Shown: piece after piece, positions 8,466 to 19,700 of the stretch
Numbering within the stretch: position 1 is the stretch's first letter
Layout of the letters: the number at the start of each line of letters is the position of its first letter
Source of the DNA: an uncultured Chloroflexia bacterium
GTDB lineage: Bacteria; Chloroflexota; Anaerolineae; Fen-1058
Assembly: GCA_963844815.1 (NCBI GenBank)
Contig: CAWJPR010000018.1
Span: 462,498-526,497 of the forward strand
Direction: 5' to 3'
Length of the DNA: 64,000 nt
Made by a program: the position numbers and the translations under genes
The notes under the pieces: model-generated
The model's database searches: none
Told to the model about the DNA's origin: nothing
The model's input: only the letters and a program-made list of their open reading frames with translations

Positions 8466-11400
8466 CTACACTAATTCTACTGTGAATAAAGGACCGTGAC
8501 CAGGGTCTGACGTGGAGAGTATAGCATAAAGTGATAACGGCGCGATGGCGCTGGCGATTGCAGCGGAATAATGGTCAATGCACAAGGATGGGGCAAGTGA
8601 AAGCTTGCTCCGTTTTTGTTGATGGGAAGGTCGAATAAAGTAACGGCGCAGGTGTTGAAAGTGAGGCGCACAGTGCTCCATGGGCCGGGATATGTGCAAC
8701 GAGAAAGATGATGCCATGAAGCAAGATCGAACGGAAAGCAGAGGCATGATTTTCTTGCATCGCAGGCTCTTTCCTTATCGTATATCCCGTTCTTCCTTCT
8801 CCCGTCGCCACCAATCCGCTTGCCGTTTTGCAGTCTCAATATCATCTACGGCCCATTCTCTTATTCTACGCAACGGATAATTAAGGAACTTCTTTGCTAC
8901 TTCGCGCTTAATCCGCGTCGTGAGGCAATATCGCTAGAATACATCTGTCGACTTTGTGCGCCTGCACAAAATTCAGTGAAAACTAAATCATCATCTTCAA
9001 ACTCCTTTAGAACAAATTCGGTCAGCGCAGGAACGCTCACTTCACCGTTAGAATCGACGTTTGGTAATGGAAGATGTCTTGCGATATGCCTTGCGCCTTC
9101 GACTCCCACCGATTTGACCCATTCAATTACTACATCTGTAGGTAATGCTTGGATGAGGCCCTTATATTGTCCTATATAGAAATGCCAGCCTTTCTCGGCA
9201 TCCAACATCACTTGACCGAGTTGCCTCATCACAATAACAGGGTGCTGTTTTGCAACTCCAGCAAGCACTTTAAGTGCCTCATCTCTGATATAGATTCAAT
9301 TCCGTTGCAATCGCGATCTACTGCGATGCGAGCAACAAGGTCAGGATCATCAATATCGAAAGCGACTCAAGAATCCTTACCCACCAAAAAGACTCTGTTC
9401 CGTACCCCCCTCGACCGATCTCTACTACGGCGCCAAATCAAATCTCTTAATTCACCGTATTCAAGCATCTGGTTTACATCGAAATTCTGCGGATCATTTA
9501 ATCGGTATCAGACAATTTCGACAGCAATTCGCATGCAATTTGCGTTGCCGATTTCGGCTTTGGCTACAAGTGGGCTAAGGATGTTACGAATTCCGATGTT
9601 GTAATTTGTGAGATCCAGCGCACATCTGAAACTTTGAAGGTATTCCGCAGGGACTTAGCCCGAATCAACCAACCGCAAAGCTTCGGGCAAGTGAATGCGT
9701 TACTCCTTGTCCTGCTATGGCTAACTCATAAGCTTATAAACGGGTGCTTGTTGCTCCATGGTATCTAGCCAAACATTAACCGGGTCTGCGAGGCCAGGTG
9801 ACTGCCCTATAAAGCCATAAATGTATCCTCTTGCCAATGCTGCAGATTGATAAATGAAGGCTCAAATTCATTATCATGTCTAGCAATGTTCCTTGAATAT
9901 CTTGTCGTCCAAACTCTTCGCCAAGGACAACAGCACTTCGCGCGTCTGGCGAGAATAACCACCCTGACTCATTTTTGAACAAATCGGTGGCACGAAATTC
10001 AGGCGACAGAAAGCGCGTGCGAAGCTTCTGGTCCAATGATTGAGCAGTGCCAATCAGAATGATAGACCAGACCAACGTCTGGATCAATTCATCACGCTCG
10101 AGTAGCCAATCGGCCTGCCGCCGTATATTTTGACAGTCCTGCGCTCGCATAGATGATGATGCAAATTGCCTAAATTCTTCCAGCATTACCATTAAACGCG
10201 TGCGTACCTTGAGCGATATACGATCACTGGCAAATAGTTTCTGAGTACTCCAGATAACCGTCGCCAAGCAGTGACCGAGTATAAGTAATTCCGATATCAT
10301 ATGCCCCGTCACGGATAAATTGCCTGGTATCAGAAGTGAGTTCGATCAGGAAAGAAATGGCAGCATTCACGCAGATCGTACTGCAGCCGTTCGAGCGATC
10401 GTCTCTCATAATTGCGGCTACTGGTGTTCCATCTTGCAAACTCGTGTGTCGAATTCGATCACGAAAAGCCCCTTGTATCGGTGATGTCGATTCACATCAG
10501 ATCGAATTCTTTGCTTTAATCTATCAAAACGCTGCAAGAATGGGACTGATGTACCTGATAGTATGACCGATAAATCTGATGCCATATGGAAGTGGCATTA
10601 TTGCCGATGATTGGTTCAGACTCCGCCAGAGCAAATCGCAGCAAGATACTTTCGGCCTCATCAAAAAATTCCATCAACGCGACAATCCGCTCAGGTACAA
10701 GCATTGGCGTGCGGTCCCGGCTCCATGTTCCTGCGTTATTGTACTCAATTCCTCTTGTTTCGCTGATTCAATAATTCTACGAAGGACTGGCAAGTAGATT
10801 TCTGGTCTAGTATCAATCAAGATAACAAGGCGATCTACTTTGTCAACATCTGTCAAATCAGCAACTCCTAATGCCATCGCCCATTTTCGAAAAAATTCTC
10901 CAACAAGGCGACGCACCCCCTGTGATGCGCTTTGTGCTACGCGCCTTGAGAATGGTTGCAGAAATAGATTGAGGAATAATTCTTAAAAAATCTTCCGGAT
11001 TTCGTTCAAGCCAGCGTCGCCATGCACCAGAAAAAGCGGCTTCTGCAATAATCTCAGATGTGACATAGAAGTATCGACCACGTCTGCCTACAAACCTGGT
11101 ACATCATGAATCTTATAAGGATATCACTTTCTCTGTTGGAATATTTACGATGCTGCATAGGTCCTTAAGTTCACCGGCCATCTCTCCTGCAAAGCCAATT
11201 CGCGTTACTAACGCTAAGGCTTCAATAACGATCAATTCATCATCTGAAAACGTCGGCGCATATAATCACGCAAATCTTGGATCACTGGTACAACGTGACC
11301 CACTTGGTCTATTTCAGCGTGATGAGCAATCCACATTATCCGCGGCGGGCCTCGCAGAGCCACCGAGCCAAAGACGCGTATGCATGTCGCCTGTCTTCTG

Positions 11401-12600
11401 GCACATAAGGAAAGTTCTGTTTAAGTATTTCGCCAAGTAACTCTTTGGGAATTTTTTGAATCCAAATTTCAGGAGCACCGGCTATCGGACGTTCACCTGC
11501 ATTGTCAATTGCTACTATCCGAATGCGATTAGGATACCCTCTCGTGAGATCGATCAACTTTGCTCGAGTATTGAGCGAGCACTCATCAACAACCAGAATT
11601 CCATAAAGAGTTCGGTCGTTTGCAAGTGCGCCATGCAATTGAACGGCAAAGTGCTCGTCATTTGTATAAATGACAAGATTTTCCTTGCGCCGGCATGTTT
11701 CATGCTTCATAAACCATTCGCGTCTTCAACACCCGCTCTCCTGAATTGGCAGTCAATCTGTCCGTCGAAGTGACAGATTGACGTAATGTCTCAGCATTTC
11801 TCTGGAAAACATCCCACTGCGGAGGTGGAACAAAGGTAGGCGTGATCGCAGTTACGTTGGTTTTCCAAATGTCAAGATGAATAGCCTTACCAACGAGGCT
11901 CGGAGAAAAGATGCGCTGGATTAATGCTGGAAGCCGATTTGCCCGGTAAACAAATATCTGCGGTGAGTATAACATAAACCTAGAGCGCAACAGCGATTTA
12001 TGCTCTGCACACCTTGCTCAAGAACTCTCTCCCATTCATCTACTTTATTTGAGAGGCTATCACAAATACAAAATCGGTAGGCATATCCATTTAAAACACA
12101 CTCTCGGGAGTAGCGTTTGTTAACCTCTTCGAGTAGACTTTCCTTCAGATACATCTCCGGCGTCTGTTGCCTTAAACTGCCATATAGTTCTTTCCATCAT
12201 CCAACCTATAGGATCATCGACAATGCCTTGTTCGACAAGCGTATCAACGCCGCCATCCTGGATATTCACACGTAGATTGGTATGGATGCTCGCTTGCGGC
12301 AGATTGCTTACAGCAACTTGAGATCGAATAATGCTGTCAACTAATTCCGTAGAATCGATCACCGCCGGGTGTTCGTCCTAAATGAATAACATCATGGGCA
12401 TTTATAGTCCACATGTAACACTCCCTCTTCGATCGCTTTGCCAGCACATACAATCTATTTGGTCTGAGTGTAATTTGCTCAAAATGCCAGATTGTTCGAG
12501 TCTTGTAGCATCTGAGGATTAGTATAAGCATAAAGAGAATATAACGATCAACAGCCGCTGCATGCAATTCATGCTGTTGAGTCCTCGCGCACAGTGCCAT
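8466..12600 (-). pseudogene. heavily decayed AT-rich gene(s) on the minus strand (many frameshifts and stops); one fragment has a DExH-like Walker-B-like motif (ILVVDECS)
   Basis: Chain of short overlapping minus-strand ORFs (12337-12600, 12120-12362, 11921-12154, 11700-11990, 11336-11710, 10674-10916, 10516-10704, 10224-10439, 9776-10312, 8897-9268, 8466-8845) in changing frames; low GC. Confidence 0.45.
8536..8775 (+). repeat. right copy of the about 240-bp diverged direct repeat (second, non-functional copy of the fructokinase 3' end ...GAMALAIAAE-stop, hairpin, ORF start MKQDRTESRGM...)
   Basis: aligned by eye with 5683-5925. Confidence 0.6.
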
Positions 12601-12644
12601 CGGCGCTTCCCCGGCGTTGACGAACAGACGCGGGGCAGGGCGGT

Positions 12645-12777
12645 GAGACCTCGGAGGTTTTCATCAGCAGGCAGGCACGGCTCGATCATCGATCAGGTTG
12701 ATGGGCAGGCAATGACAGAAAACCGATAACTCCACGGTTGGGGGCGCTGCGCGAAACCTCCGAGGTCTTGATCAGTT
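12645..12777. repeat. two copies of a 23-26 nt motif with a central palindrome (GAGACCTCGGAGGTTTTCATCAGC / GAAACCTCCGAGGTCTTGATCAG) at the right edge of the AT-rich island
   Basis: 12645-12670 and 12753-12777; read directly. Confidence 0.5.
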
Positions 12778-12846
12778 TGGGGATGGATGCTGCGCAGAGC
12801 GGAAGTTATAGCGTTGCGAACTCTTTACCAATGATCGTAACTCAAA

Positions 12847-13473
12847 CTAATTAGCCATCAATAGACAAGCGGAACCAGTTTCTTGTACTCTCTGCCGATA
12901 CGCGCGGTACGGCTCGCCGTAGGCCTGTTGCAGCCCTGCTTCCTCGACCGGGATCAATCCGCTGAGCAGCACCACGTAGATGACGAACACGGCCAGGAAA
13001 GCCCACGATTGCAGCAGGCAAGCCAATCCCAGCGAGATGCACAAGACCGCCGAGTACATCGGATGCCTGACCAGCTTGTACGGTCCGACGATGGTCAGCT
13101 GATCGGTCTTCCGCGGGGCGTTTCCGCCTAACTGATACCTGCGTCCCAGGCAGATCAATGCCCACGCCATGAGCAGATAACCGATCACCGTCAACACCAG
13201 GCCGGCGATCTCCAACGCCTGCGCGAGCCATGGCGCAGTCACGGCCATGTGCGTCGGATCGATGGCCCCGGCGTTCCCGGTGATCAGCAGGATGGCGGCC
13301 AGCGGATTCACTACGAGCAGGAAGAAGAGATTGAAACTGTTCGTGAGCCGCAGCAAGCGGCTGCCGGTGGGCTTCTCAATAATGGAACCGGTCGCCAGTT
13401 GCTTGACGACCACCAACATCCCCAGCAGGACCAGCAGCACGATTCCAATGGTCTTTTGATCGAGCAGGTACAT
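12847..13473 (-). CDS. isoprenylcysteine carboxyl methyltransferase (ICMT)/phospholipid methyltransferase family membrane protein
   Basis: Multiple TM helices; VGPYKLVRHPMYSA motif typical of the ICMT/PEMT family; start placed at MYLLDQ (alternative upstream start at 13518). Confidence 0.75.
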   Translation of the reverse strand: MYLLDQKTIGIVLLVLLGMLVVVKQLATGSIIEKPTGSRLLRLTNSFNLFFLLVVNPLAAILLITGNAGAIDPTHMAVTAPWLAQALEIAGLVLTVIGYLLMAWALICLGRRYQLGGNAPRKTDQLTIVGPYKLVRHPMYSAVLCISLGLACLLQSWAFLAVFVIYVVLLSGLIPVEEAGLQQAYGEPYRAYRQRVQETGSACLLMAN

Positions 13474-13489
13474 CGCTGATTTCTCCTTT

Positions 13490-14266
13490 TCAAGCCACGT
13501 CACTACCGCGCGTTGCACGCCTACGCGAGTCCCCGAAGCGAAGCGGAGTGGGAGTGGGTGCGCGTGTGCCCGAGTGCCTGCGAAGCGTGTCGGGCATCCA
13601 GTTTGACCGGTTTGCTGGATTCCCGCTTAAAGCACGTGGGCACATGCGGTGTGACGATTGCGCTCCCGTGACGACGGCGTAAAATGCCCTAGCACCAAAA
13701 TCATCCGCGTGTAGGCGCAGCCGCAGAACGCAAGCCATAGTCACAACTGCTCCCATGACAGCGCCGTAGACGAGGTGCATCACCACGGAAATGCCAAACC
13801 AGAGCGCCGTCGCAGCAGCCGTCATACTTAATACGAAGGTCGCCGTTGCCAGCAGCGGCAGGCTCAGCACTTCGACGTATAGGACGCCCAGCCCCACACC
13901 TTTCTTGATCGAATCCAGCCGGAAGGCATCAATCCGCAAGACGAGTGCGACGAAAGTGACGCCGAGGGCAAGGCCCAAGAGATAGAACACCACCATCCCC
14001 AAAGGCGCGCCCCCGGCCAGTTTGATGCCCAGCATTGCAAAGAAACTCGCCGCGGCATCGCCGATGATCGAGAAGGAAATGCTCGCCGGCTGGCCCATGA
14101 CCAGGAAAATGCCAACCCCAAACACATGCATCGCGATCGTTCCTGCCAGACCTCCAGCTAACCCGACGATGATGTCTCTGGTGAAGATACCGCTGCTCCG
14201 CTGACGTTCCACACGCCGCTGAGATCCTCTGTCGATTCCGAGTGTCTGTCGCTTGCGCAGATGCAT
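13490..14266 (-). CDS. hypothetical integral membrane protein
   Basis: 258-aa ORF with several hydrophobic helices (IIVGLAGGLAGTIAMHVFGVGIFLVMG...); the C-terminal tail may be read-through. Confidence 0.55.
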   Translation of the reverse strand: MHLRKRQTLGIDRGSQRRVERQRSSGIFTRDIIVGLAGGLAGTIAMHVFGVGIFLVMGQPASISFSIIGDAAASFFAMLGIKLAGGAPLGMVVFYLLGLALGVTFVALVLRIDAFRLDSIKKGVGLGVLYVEVLSLPLLATATFVLSMTAAATALWFGISVVMHLVYGAVMGAVVTMACVLRLRLHADDFGARAFYAVVTGAQSSHRMCPRALSGNPANRSNWMPDTLRRHSGTRAPTPTPLRFGDSRRRATRGSDVA

Positions 14267-14332
14267 CTCTTCTCCTTGAGTGTCATCACGCTCCGTCCCC
14301 GATCTCCGGGGTACGGAGCGGTCGCACGATCC

Positions 14333-14635
14333 CTACACTGACGGAGTTCCCTCCGCTGTCTGGTGCTCGTCGAGCTCAGCGAACATCTTCCTCATGCGCG
14401 TGCACATCTCTGCCGGATCGAATCCTTCGCTTTTCATTTTCTCCATCATGAGGCGCGGCATCTTGCTCATCATTTCGTTCATGATCTGCGACACGAGCCG
14501 GGGGATGGCTTTGGTCGCGAGCGCTACGGCGATACCGCCGCCTAGCGCGCCTGCGAAAGCGGCCAGAATATATCCGCGCTTGGATGAATTAGAGTGTTGC
14601 ATGATATTTGCTCCTTCTGGTATGAATTGAGACAT
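14333..14635 (-). CDS. small hypothetical protein (one TM segment, Met/Lys-rich tail)
   Basis: 100-aa ORF, co-directional in the ECF-sigma operon. Confidence 0.45.
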   Translation of the reverse strand: MSQFIPEGANIMQHSNSSKRGYILAAFAGALGGGIAVALATKAIPRLVSQIMNEMMSKMPRLMMEKMKSEGFDPAEMCTRMRKMFAELDEHQTAEGTPSV

Positions 14636-14646
14636 AGCGTTCCGTT

Positions 14647-14994
14647 CTATTCACTCGCGCTGGTTTGACGCATCCCGCGTCCCAGTAAAATGATGCCCAG
14701 CACGATCAACAAGATCGCAAAGATCGGGATTTCGAACGGCAGATTCAAGGCCGCTGCGGCCAATTCCAGTCCGCCCAACACCAGGGCGAGGATGCCGAGC
14801 GTGGTGGTGAAGCCGCTGGCCGGGATGCCGTTCCGCGTCCGCACGGCATTCAAGCCGAGCAAAATCAAGCCGAGACCGATCGCGCCGACGCCCTCCGGCA
14901 GGAAATTGAACAACTCGGTGATACCCCACCACACAAAGAATAAGCCCCACCCCAACGTGTCGAGTTGGCGATTCAACAGACGTGCGTGTTCCAT
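14647..14994 (-). CDS. small hypothetical membrane protein (3 predicted TM helices)
   Basis: 115-aa ORF with GWGLFFVWWGITELF and LGLILLGLNAV hydrophobic segments. Confidence 0.5.
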   Translation of the reverse strand: MEHARLLNRQLDTLGWGLFFVWWGITELFNFLPEGVGAIGLGLILLGLNAVRTRNGIPASGFTTTLGILALVLGGLELAAAALNLPFEIPIFAILLIVLGIILLGRGMRQTSASE

Positions 14995-15016
14995 TTTTGT
15001 CTCCTATGGATTTGTT

Positions 15017-15277
15017 TTACGAACTACAGCCACACCGATCGGTTGTGGCCTCAACGGAAGAAGGGACGGCGCAGTCCAAACTGAGGACGAATTTGTCCAT
15101 CTTGGAAGCCGCGCCCTGCCGCACGCGCTTGCCGACCTCGATGGCTTCGGCGATCTGCTGGCGATCGGCTCCAAATTCGAGGGCTTTACGGACGTTGTAA
15201 TCCAGACAGGGCTGACAATTGGCAGCGACGGACGCGCCGACGGCGATCAATTCGAGGATGCGATTATCGAGATTCAT
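15017..15277 (-). CDS. carboxymuconolactone decarboxylase / AhpD-like family protein
   Basis: ILELIAVGASVAANCQPCLDYNVRKALEFGADRQQIAEAIEVG is a typical AhpD-core CxxC helix motif. Confidence 0.7.
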   Translation of the reverse strand: MNLDNRILELIAVGASVAANCQPCLDYNVRKALEFGADRQQIAEAIEVGKRVRQGAASKMDKFVLSLDCAVPSSVEATTDRCGCSS

Positions 15278-15370
15278 GGTGGATCTTCTCCTTTCTGATT
15301 CTATAGACGGTGATCAGTCCGGAAAAGATACACCCCCCGATCGGTTTTCTGCGCGGTGCGAGGCCCGGCC

Positions 15371-15970
15371 TTACTCGTCAGGCACCCACTCGGCCGGCGG
15401 GCAATACCTCTCGATGTCTTTGCGGAGCCTGGCCCGGGCGCGGTGCAATCTGATTTTGACCGCGTCCAGACTCACGCCCAGAATTTCGGCGACCTCGCTG
15501 TTGGTAAATCCTTCCATGTCGCTGAGGAGGAGCACGGTGCGATAGTTTGCGGGGAGATGCTCGAGGCGATTCCAGACACAGGCATACATTTCTTGCCGCA
15601 TCACCTCAGTCTCAAGCCGAGGTGCTTTTTCGCCCGTCCACACATCTTGATCTTCCAGTTCCACTTCGTCGTCGCCAATGGCGTCCTGCGCCAATTGGGC
15701 TTGAATGACACGTTGATAAGACGGGCTATCGATCCGATCGAGGGCGGTATTGGTGGCGATGCGATAGAGCCAGGTAGAGAGCTGCGACTCACCCCGAAAA
15801 TTCTTCAGCGCCCGACTGACTTTCACAAAAACTTCCTGCGTCAGATCCTCCGCTTCCTGCTCGCCCACCAGACGGATCAGGTAGCGCTGAATTTTCGGCC
15901 GAAAGTCTGCGTGAATTTGCTCGAATTCCAGATCAGTGTGAATCATATGGATTGCCCCTTGAGCAGACAT
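15371..15970 (-). CDS. RNA polymerase ECF (sigma-70 family) sigma factor
   Basis: Region 2 (IQRYLIRLVG...AEDLTQEVFVKV) and region 4 (LPANYRTVLLLSDMEGFTNSEVAEILGVSLDAVKIRLHRAR) are recognisable; first gene of a minus-strand operon. Confidence 0.85.
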   Translation of the reverse strand: MSAQGAIHMIHTDLEFEQIHADFRPKIQRYLIRLVGEQEAEDLTQEVFVKVSRALKNFRGESQLSTWLYRIATNTALDRIDSPSYQRVIQAQLAQDAIGDDEVELEDQDVWTGEKAPRLETEVMRQEMYACVWNRLEHLPANYRTVLLLSDMEGFTNSEVAEILGVSLDAVKIRLHRARARLRKDIERYCPPAEWVPDE

Positions 15971-16120
15971 AACAAAACGCCCGGTCTCTGCGGCCGAGCG
16001 CTACATCTCATATGTAGCACAGGCTATCGGCGCGCCGCCCGTCATCAAACTGCGTCTGCCTCCCTGACTATCTTCAGTGTACACCCTGTGTCAAGTATAA
16101 TCTTTCGGACAAGATGGACT

Positions 16121-16639
16121 TCAAAGTTCTTTGTAGAAGATCACCGTTGTCCACAGCCTGCCATCCGGGAAACTGGCATAGTTGGGAATCTCGCCGACCC
16201 GCACGTAACCGAGTTTCAAATAGAGTTGCTCGGCCAGTTCGCCTTCGATCGTATCCAGCACCAGCAAAGTAAGGTCGCGTTGTCGCGCCTCGTGCTCGAT
16301 CGCCTCCATCAAGCGGCGGCCCAGGCCGCGATTGCGATGGCGGCTGTGAACGAGCAGCTTCTGCACCTCGGCGCGATGGCGGCCGGTTTCCTTCTGGCCC
16401 AGCGACAACTGCACCGAACCGGCCACTGCGCCGCTCTCCGTGGTGGCGACGAGTATCACGCGATACGGTGATTCAACCTCGCGCAGCACGCCCTGCCAGT
16501 AAGCCTCGGCGGTTTCGCGCTTTAGCGGCGAGAGGAAGCCCACCGATGCGCCGCCCTCGACGGAATCACGGAGGAGATCGATCAGACCTTCGCGCACGGC
16601 GTAAGCCGGTGGAAGCGCCAATCGTTGTAGAGTGAACAT
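16121..16639 (-). CDS. GNAT-family N-acetyltransferase
   Basis: Acetyl-CoA binding motif HSRHRNRGLGRRLMEAIEHEAR (Q/RxxGxG/A). Confidence 0.8.
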   Translation of the reverse strand: MFTLQRLALPPAYAVREGLIDLLRDSVEGGASVGFLSPLKRETAEAYWQGVLREVESPYRVILVATTESGAVAGSVQLSLGQKETGRHRAEVQKLLVHSRHRNRGLGRRLMEAIEHEARQRDLTLLVLDTIEGELAEQLYLKLGYVRVGEIPNYASFPDGRLWTTVIFYKEL

Positions 16640-16757
16640 ACCGTCTGCCTGTTGTAAGATAACAAAATCGTAGGGGCGAGACCGCAGATGCCGCGCTGTC
16701 GGCGGCACACCTCGCCCCTACGATTACATCGGCTTCCGTCCAGTCAACACATCGGAC

Positions 16758-19700
16758 TCAGCGCATGACGAGCGGCAGATACACGGCGTGGCCGGTGACC
16801 TGCAGCGTGACGTGCACTTGGAACGGACTATTCACAGCCTGGGCTGAGTTGAAGGTGATCGTGCCCGTAAAGACTCCGACGGGCATGCCACCGGGATAGA
16901 TTGTCAGCACCGGATCGGCGGGCGTCTGCCCGCCGCCCGTATTCAGGGTCAGCCAGGGTATGTTCTCGCTGGCCGTCCAGTCCAGCACGGCTTCGCCTGA
17001 GTTGCGCACATTGAGCGTCTGTGTCACCGGAACACTGCCGACAGCCACCACGGCGCCCGCGCCGACGGGAGCCACATCAAGGTTGTTCGCTTCCGGGGTG
17101 CTTTCGTCGGCGATCGTGATCGACCGCTGCACCTGCGTGCTCATCCCGTTGCTGTCCGTGACCTGCAAGGTGATCACGTGATTGCCCGTGGTCAGCTCGG
17201 CGGTGTTCAGGCTCGCGCCCGTGCCCAGGACGCCGTCGATGCTGGACGACCATTGGAATGCGGCATCGTCCGGCGTTCCATCTTCGAGATCATAGGCGGT
17301 GCCCTGCAGCGCCACTTGTTGCGTCGGATAGAACACCTGATCGGGGTTGGGCGAGACGATCTCGACGGTCGGCGCGTGCAGCGGCAGGCCGAGCGATCCA
17401 TGGTATCCTGCCGCTCAAGAAACCGTCCGAGGCGACGATCCGCAGCAGTCCCGTGCCGCCGGGCAGCTGATTCGTGTTCAGTTGCAACCCGGTGCCCGTC
17501 AGGTTGGTGGCCAGCGTTTGCCAGCTGACGCCGTTGTCATTACTGTACAGCAGACTATACGTCAGCGCATCGCCGTCCAGGTCAGAGCCAGTCCAGGAGA
17601 CCTGGAATGGACCGGCCGAAAGCGTGCTGCCGGCCGCGGGCGAGATCAGGTTGACGGTGGGCGCGTTGGCACTGGCAGTGCGCGAGGCGAGGACTTGTCC
17701 CCCGTGACGGATCTCGACTCGGACTGTGCCCGCCGTCCAGGGAACGACTTCGGCGATCACGGCCGGTGTGCCGGGGCTTTCTTCAGCGTCCGTTCAGCTC
17801 ATCGGGGGCGAAGGGATACGTCGCCAGATCATTGTTCGCTGCTCCCACCAGCGCGATCGTCCAATCGCCGGGAACGGGCAGAGGCAGCGTGTTGTCCTGA
17901 GTGATCAGGTAGACGTTGTCGAGCGTGGCGGTATTGCTCTCCAGATCGGCCATGCCGGCCACCGCCAGAAATTGGCTGGCCGTAACCTCCTCCGGTCTTG
18001 CGCTCAGCAAGCCGATCCCCACCAGGTAACTTCGAATGCCTTCGTAAGTGAAGTCTGATACCCATTCGTTGGAGCAGTACGTCATGACATCGGTCCAGCT
18101 GGGCGGATAGATGGCGCGCGTGGTGATATCAAAGCCGTAGATCGCGGTGTTTCCGCTCAACGCCGGGCTGATGCGCCCACCCGTATAGGGATAAGGAACA
18201 CCGCCGCCCGCGCCGCAAAACTCCGCGTGATAGCGGCCGCGCGTGTGGCCGATCTCGTGCCCGCCGTACCAGTCGTTGTACGAGCCGTCGAAGTCCCAGC
18301 CCCAGTTGCCGGGCCCAGACGGTCCGGCGGCGATGGTGCCGGGGATGCCGGCGGCCTTGCCGCGCATGAAACCGCCGCCGTCGTCGACGACGCCGTAGTA
18401 AACGACGCGCGAGTCTTCACCGCTGAAGATGATCCGCAGCAGCTTGGCCAGCGCCAAATAGCCGTGCAGCGTATCCACATTCGGCAGTCCACCCACCGGA
18501 TAGATGTAGGTCTGGCGCGTCACCTGCAAACTATTGATCGGGTAGGCCCGCCGCAGCCAGGATTCCAGCGCCGACAGATGACTGTTGCCCGCCAAGTAGG
18601 TGTTGCCGCCTGCGGTGTATTGCACATTCATCAAGCGCAGCCGGAGCGGCGGCGTGCTCTTGAAGTTCACCGTCACTGTGCGGGTGTTGTTGCCCAACAC
18701 CAGATCGTTCTTGGCATTGTTGGGATCCAGTCTGGCCGTGAGCGTCAAGTTGCCGGCTGTGGTCCAACTGGAAGGCAGCTCGAACCAGAAGCTGTCGTTG
18801 ATCTGCCCGCGATTGGGACTGTTGAGCACGGTAATGTCGCTGCCGGGGTTGCCGGGATTCAGGACCGGGGCCAGGCTGACGAAGCCATGCTTGCCGCTGA
18901 GCGTGGCAAACACGTCGTTCGCATTGACGGGCGAACTGACGTGCACCCGCGCATAGGTGCGCTTGCCCGCCACCAGATCGACGCTGTTGTTGAGATCCTG
19001 GATGGCCTGCGTCACCTCGATCGAATCCACGCGCATATCCGGCCCGGGCGGCGGGCCGGATCCGGCCCAGAACAGGTGCACCGGCAGGAAAGCCTCGAAG
19101 AGCAGTGTAGTTTGATTGTTGTCCCACATCTGGATGCGCACTTTGTCCACGACCGTCGGCCCGGCGGTCAGGGTGAACGAGCCGGTGCCGCTGCCCGAGC
19201 CGACCGGGTAGACGGGCGAGCCGTGTGCGCGCATAACCAGGAGATAGGTTCGGGCCGCTGAACGGCCGGGCAAAAATGCGTACGCCATCTTGGTTGGTGG
19301 TGTAATTGAACGTCAGATTGACGTTATGGTTATACTTGAAGACATTCGGCGTATCGGGGCTGAGTTCGATGTGGGTGACGATATTCTCGGGCTGCGGAAG
19401 CGGTAGTAGACCGGCAGGAACGCTTCAAACAGGAGCATGGTTTGATTGTCATCCCACATCTGGATGCGGATCTGATCGACCACGACTTGCCCGGTAGTGA
19501 TGCTGAACGAGCCTGTGCCGCTGCCGGAGCCGGCCGGGTATAAGGGTGAACCGTGCGCGGCATAGTTCGGAGTTAAGGCTCCGTTAGTAAAGGGCCGGGC
19601 CCAGATGCGCACGCCCCCTTGCTGCCGGGTGATGTAATTGAATCTCAAATCGACGTTCTGACCGAACTTGAGCACGTCCGGGGTATCCGGACTGAGGCTG

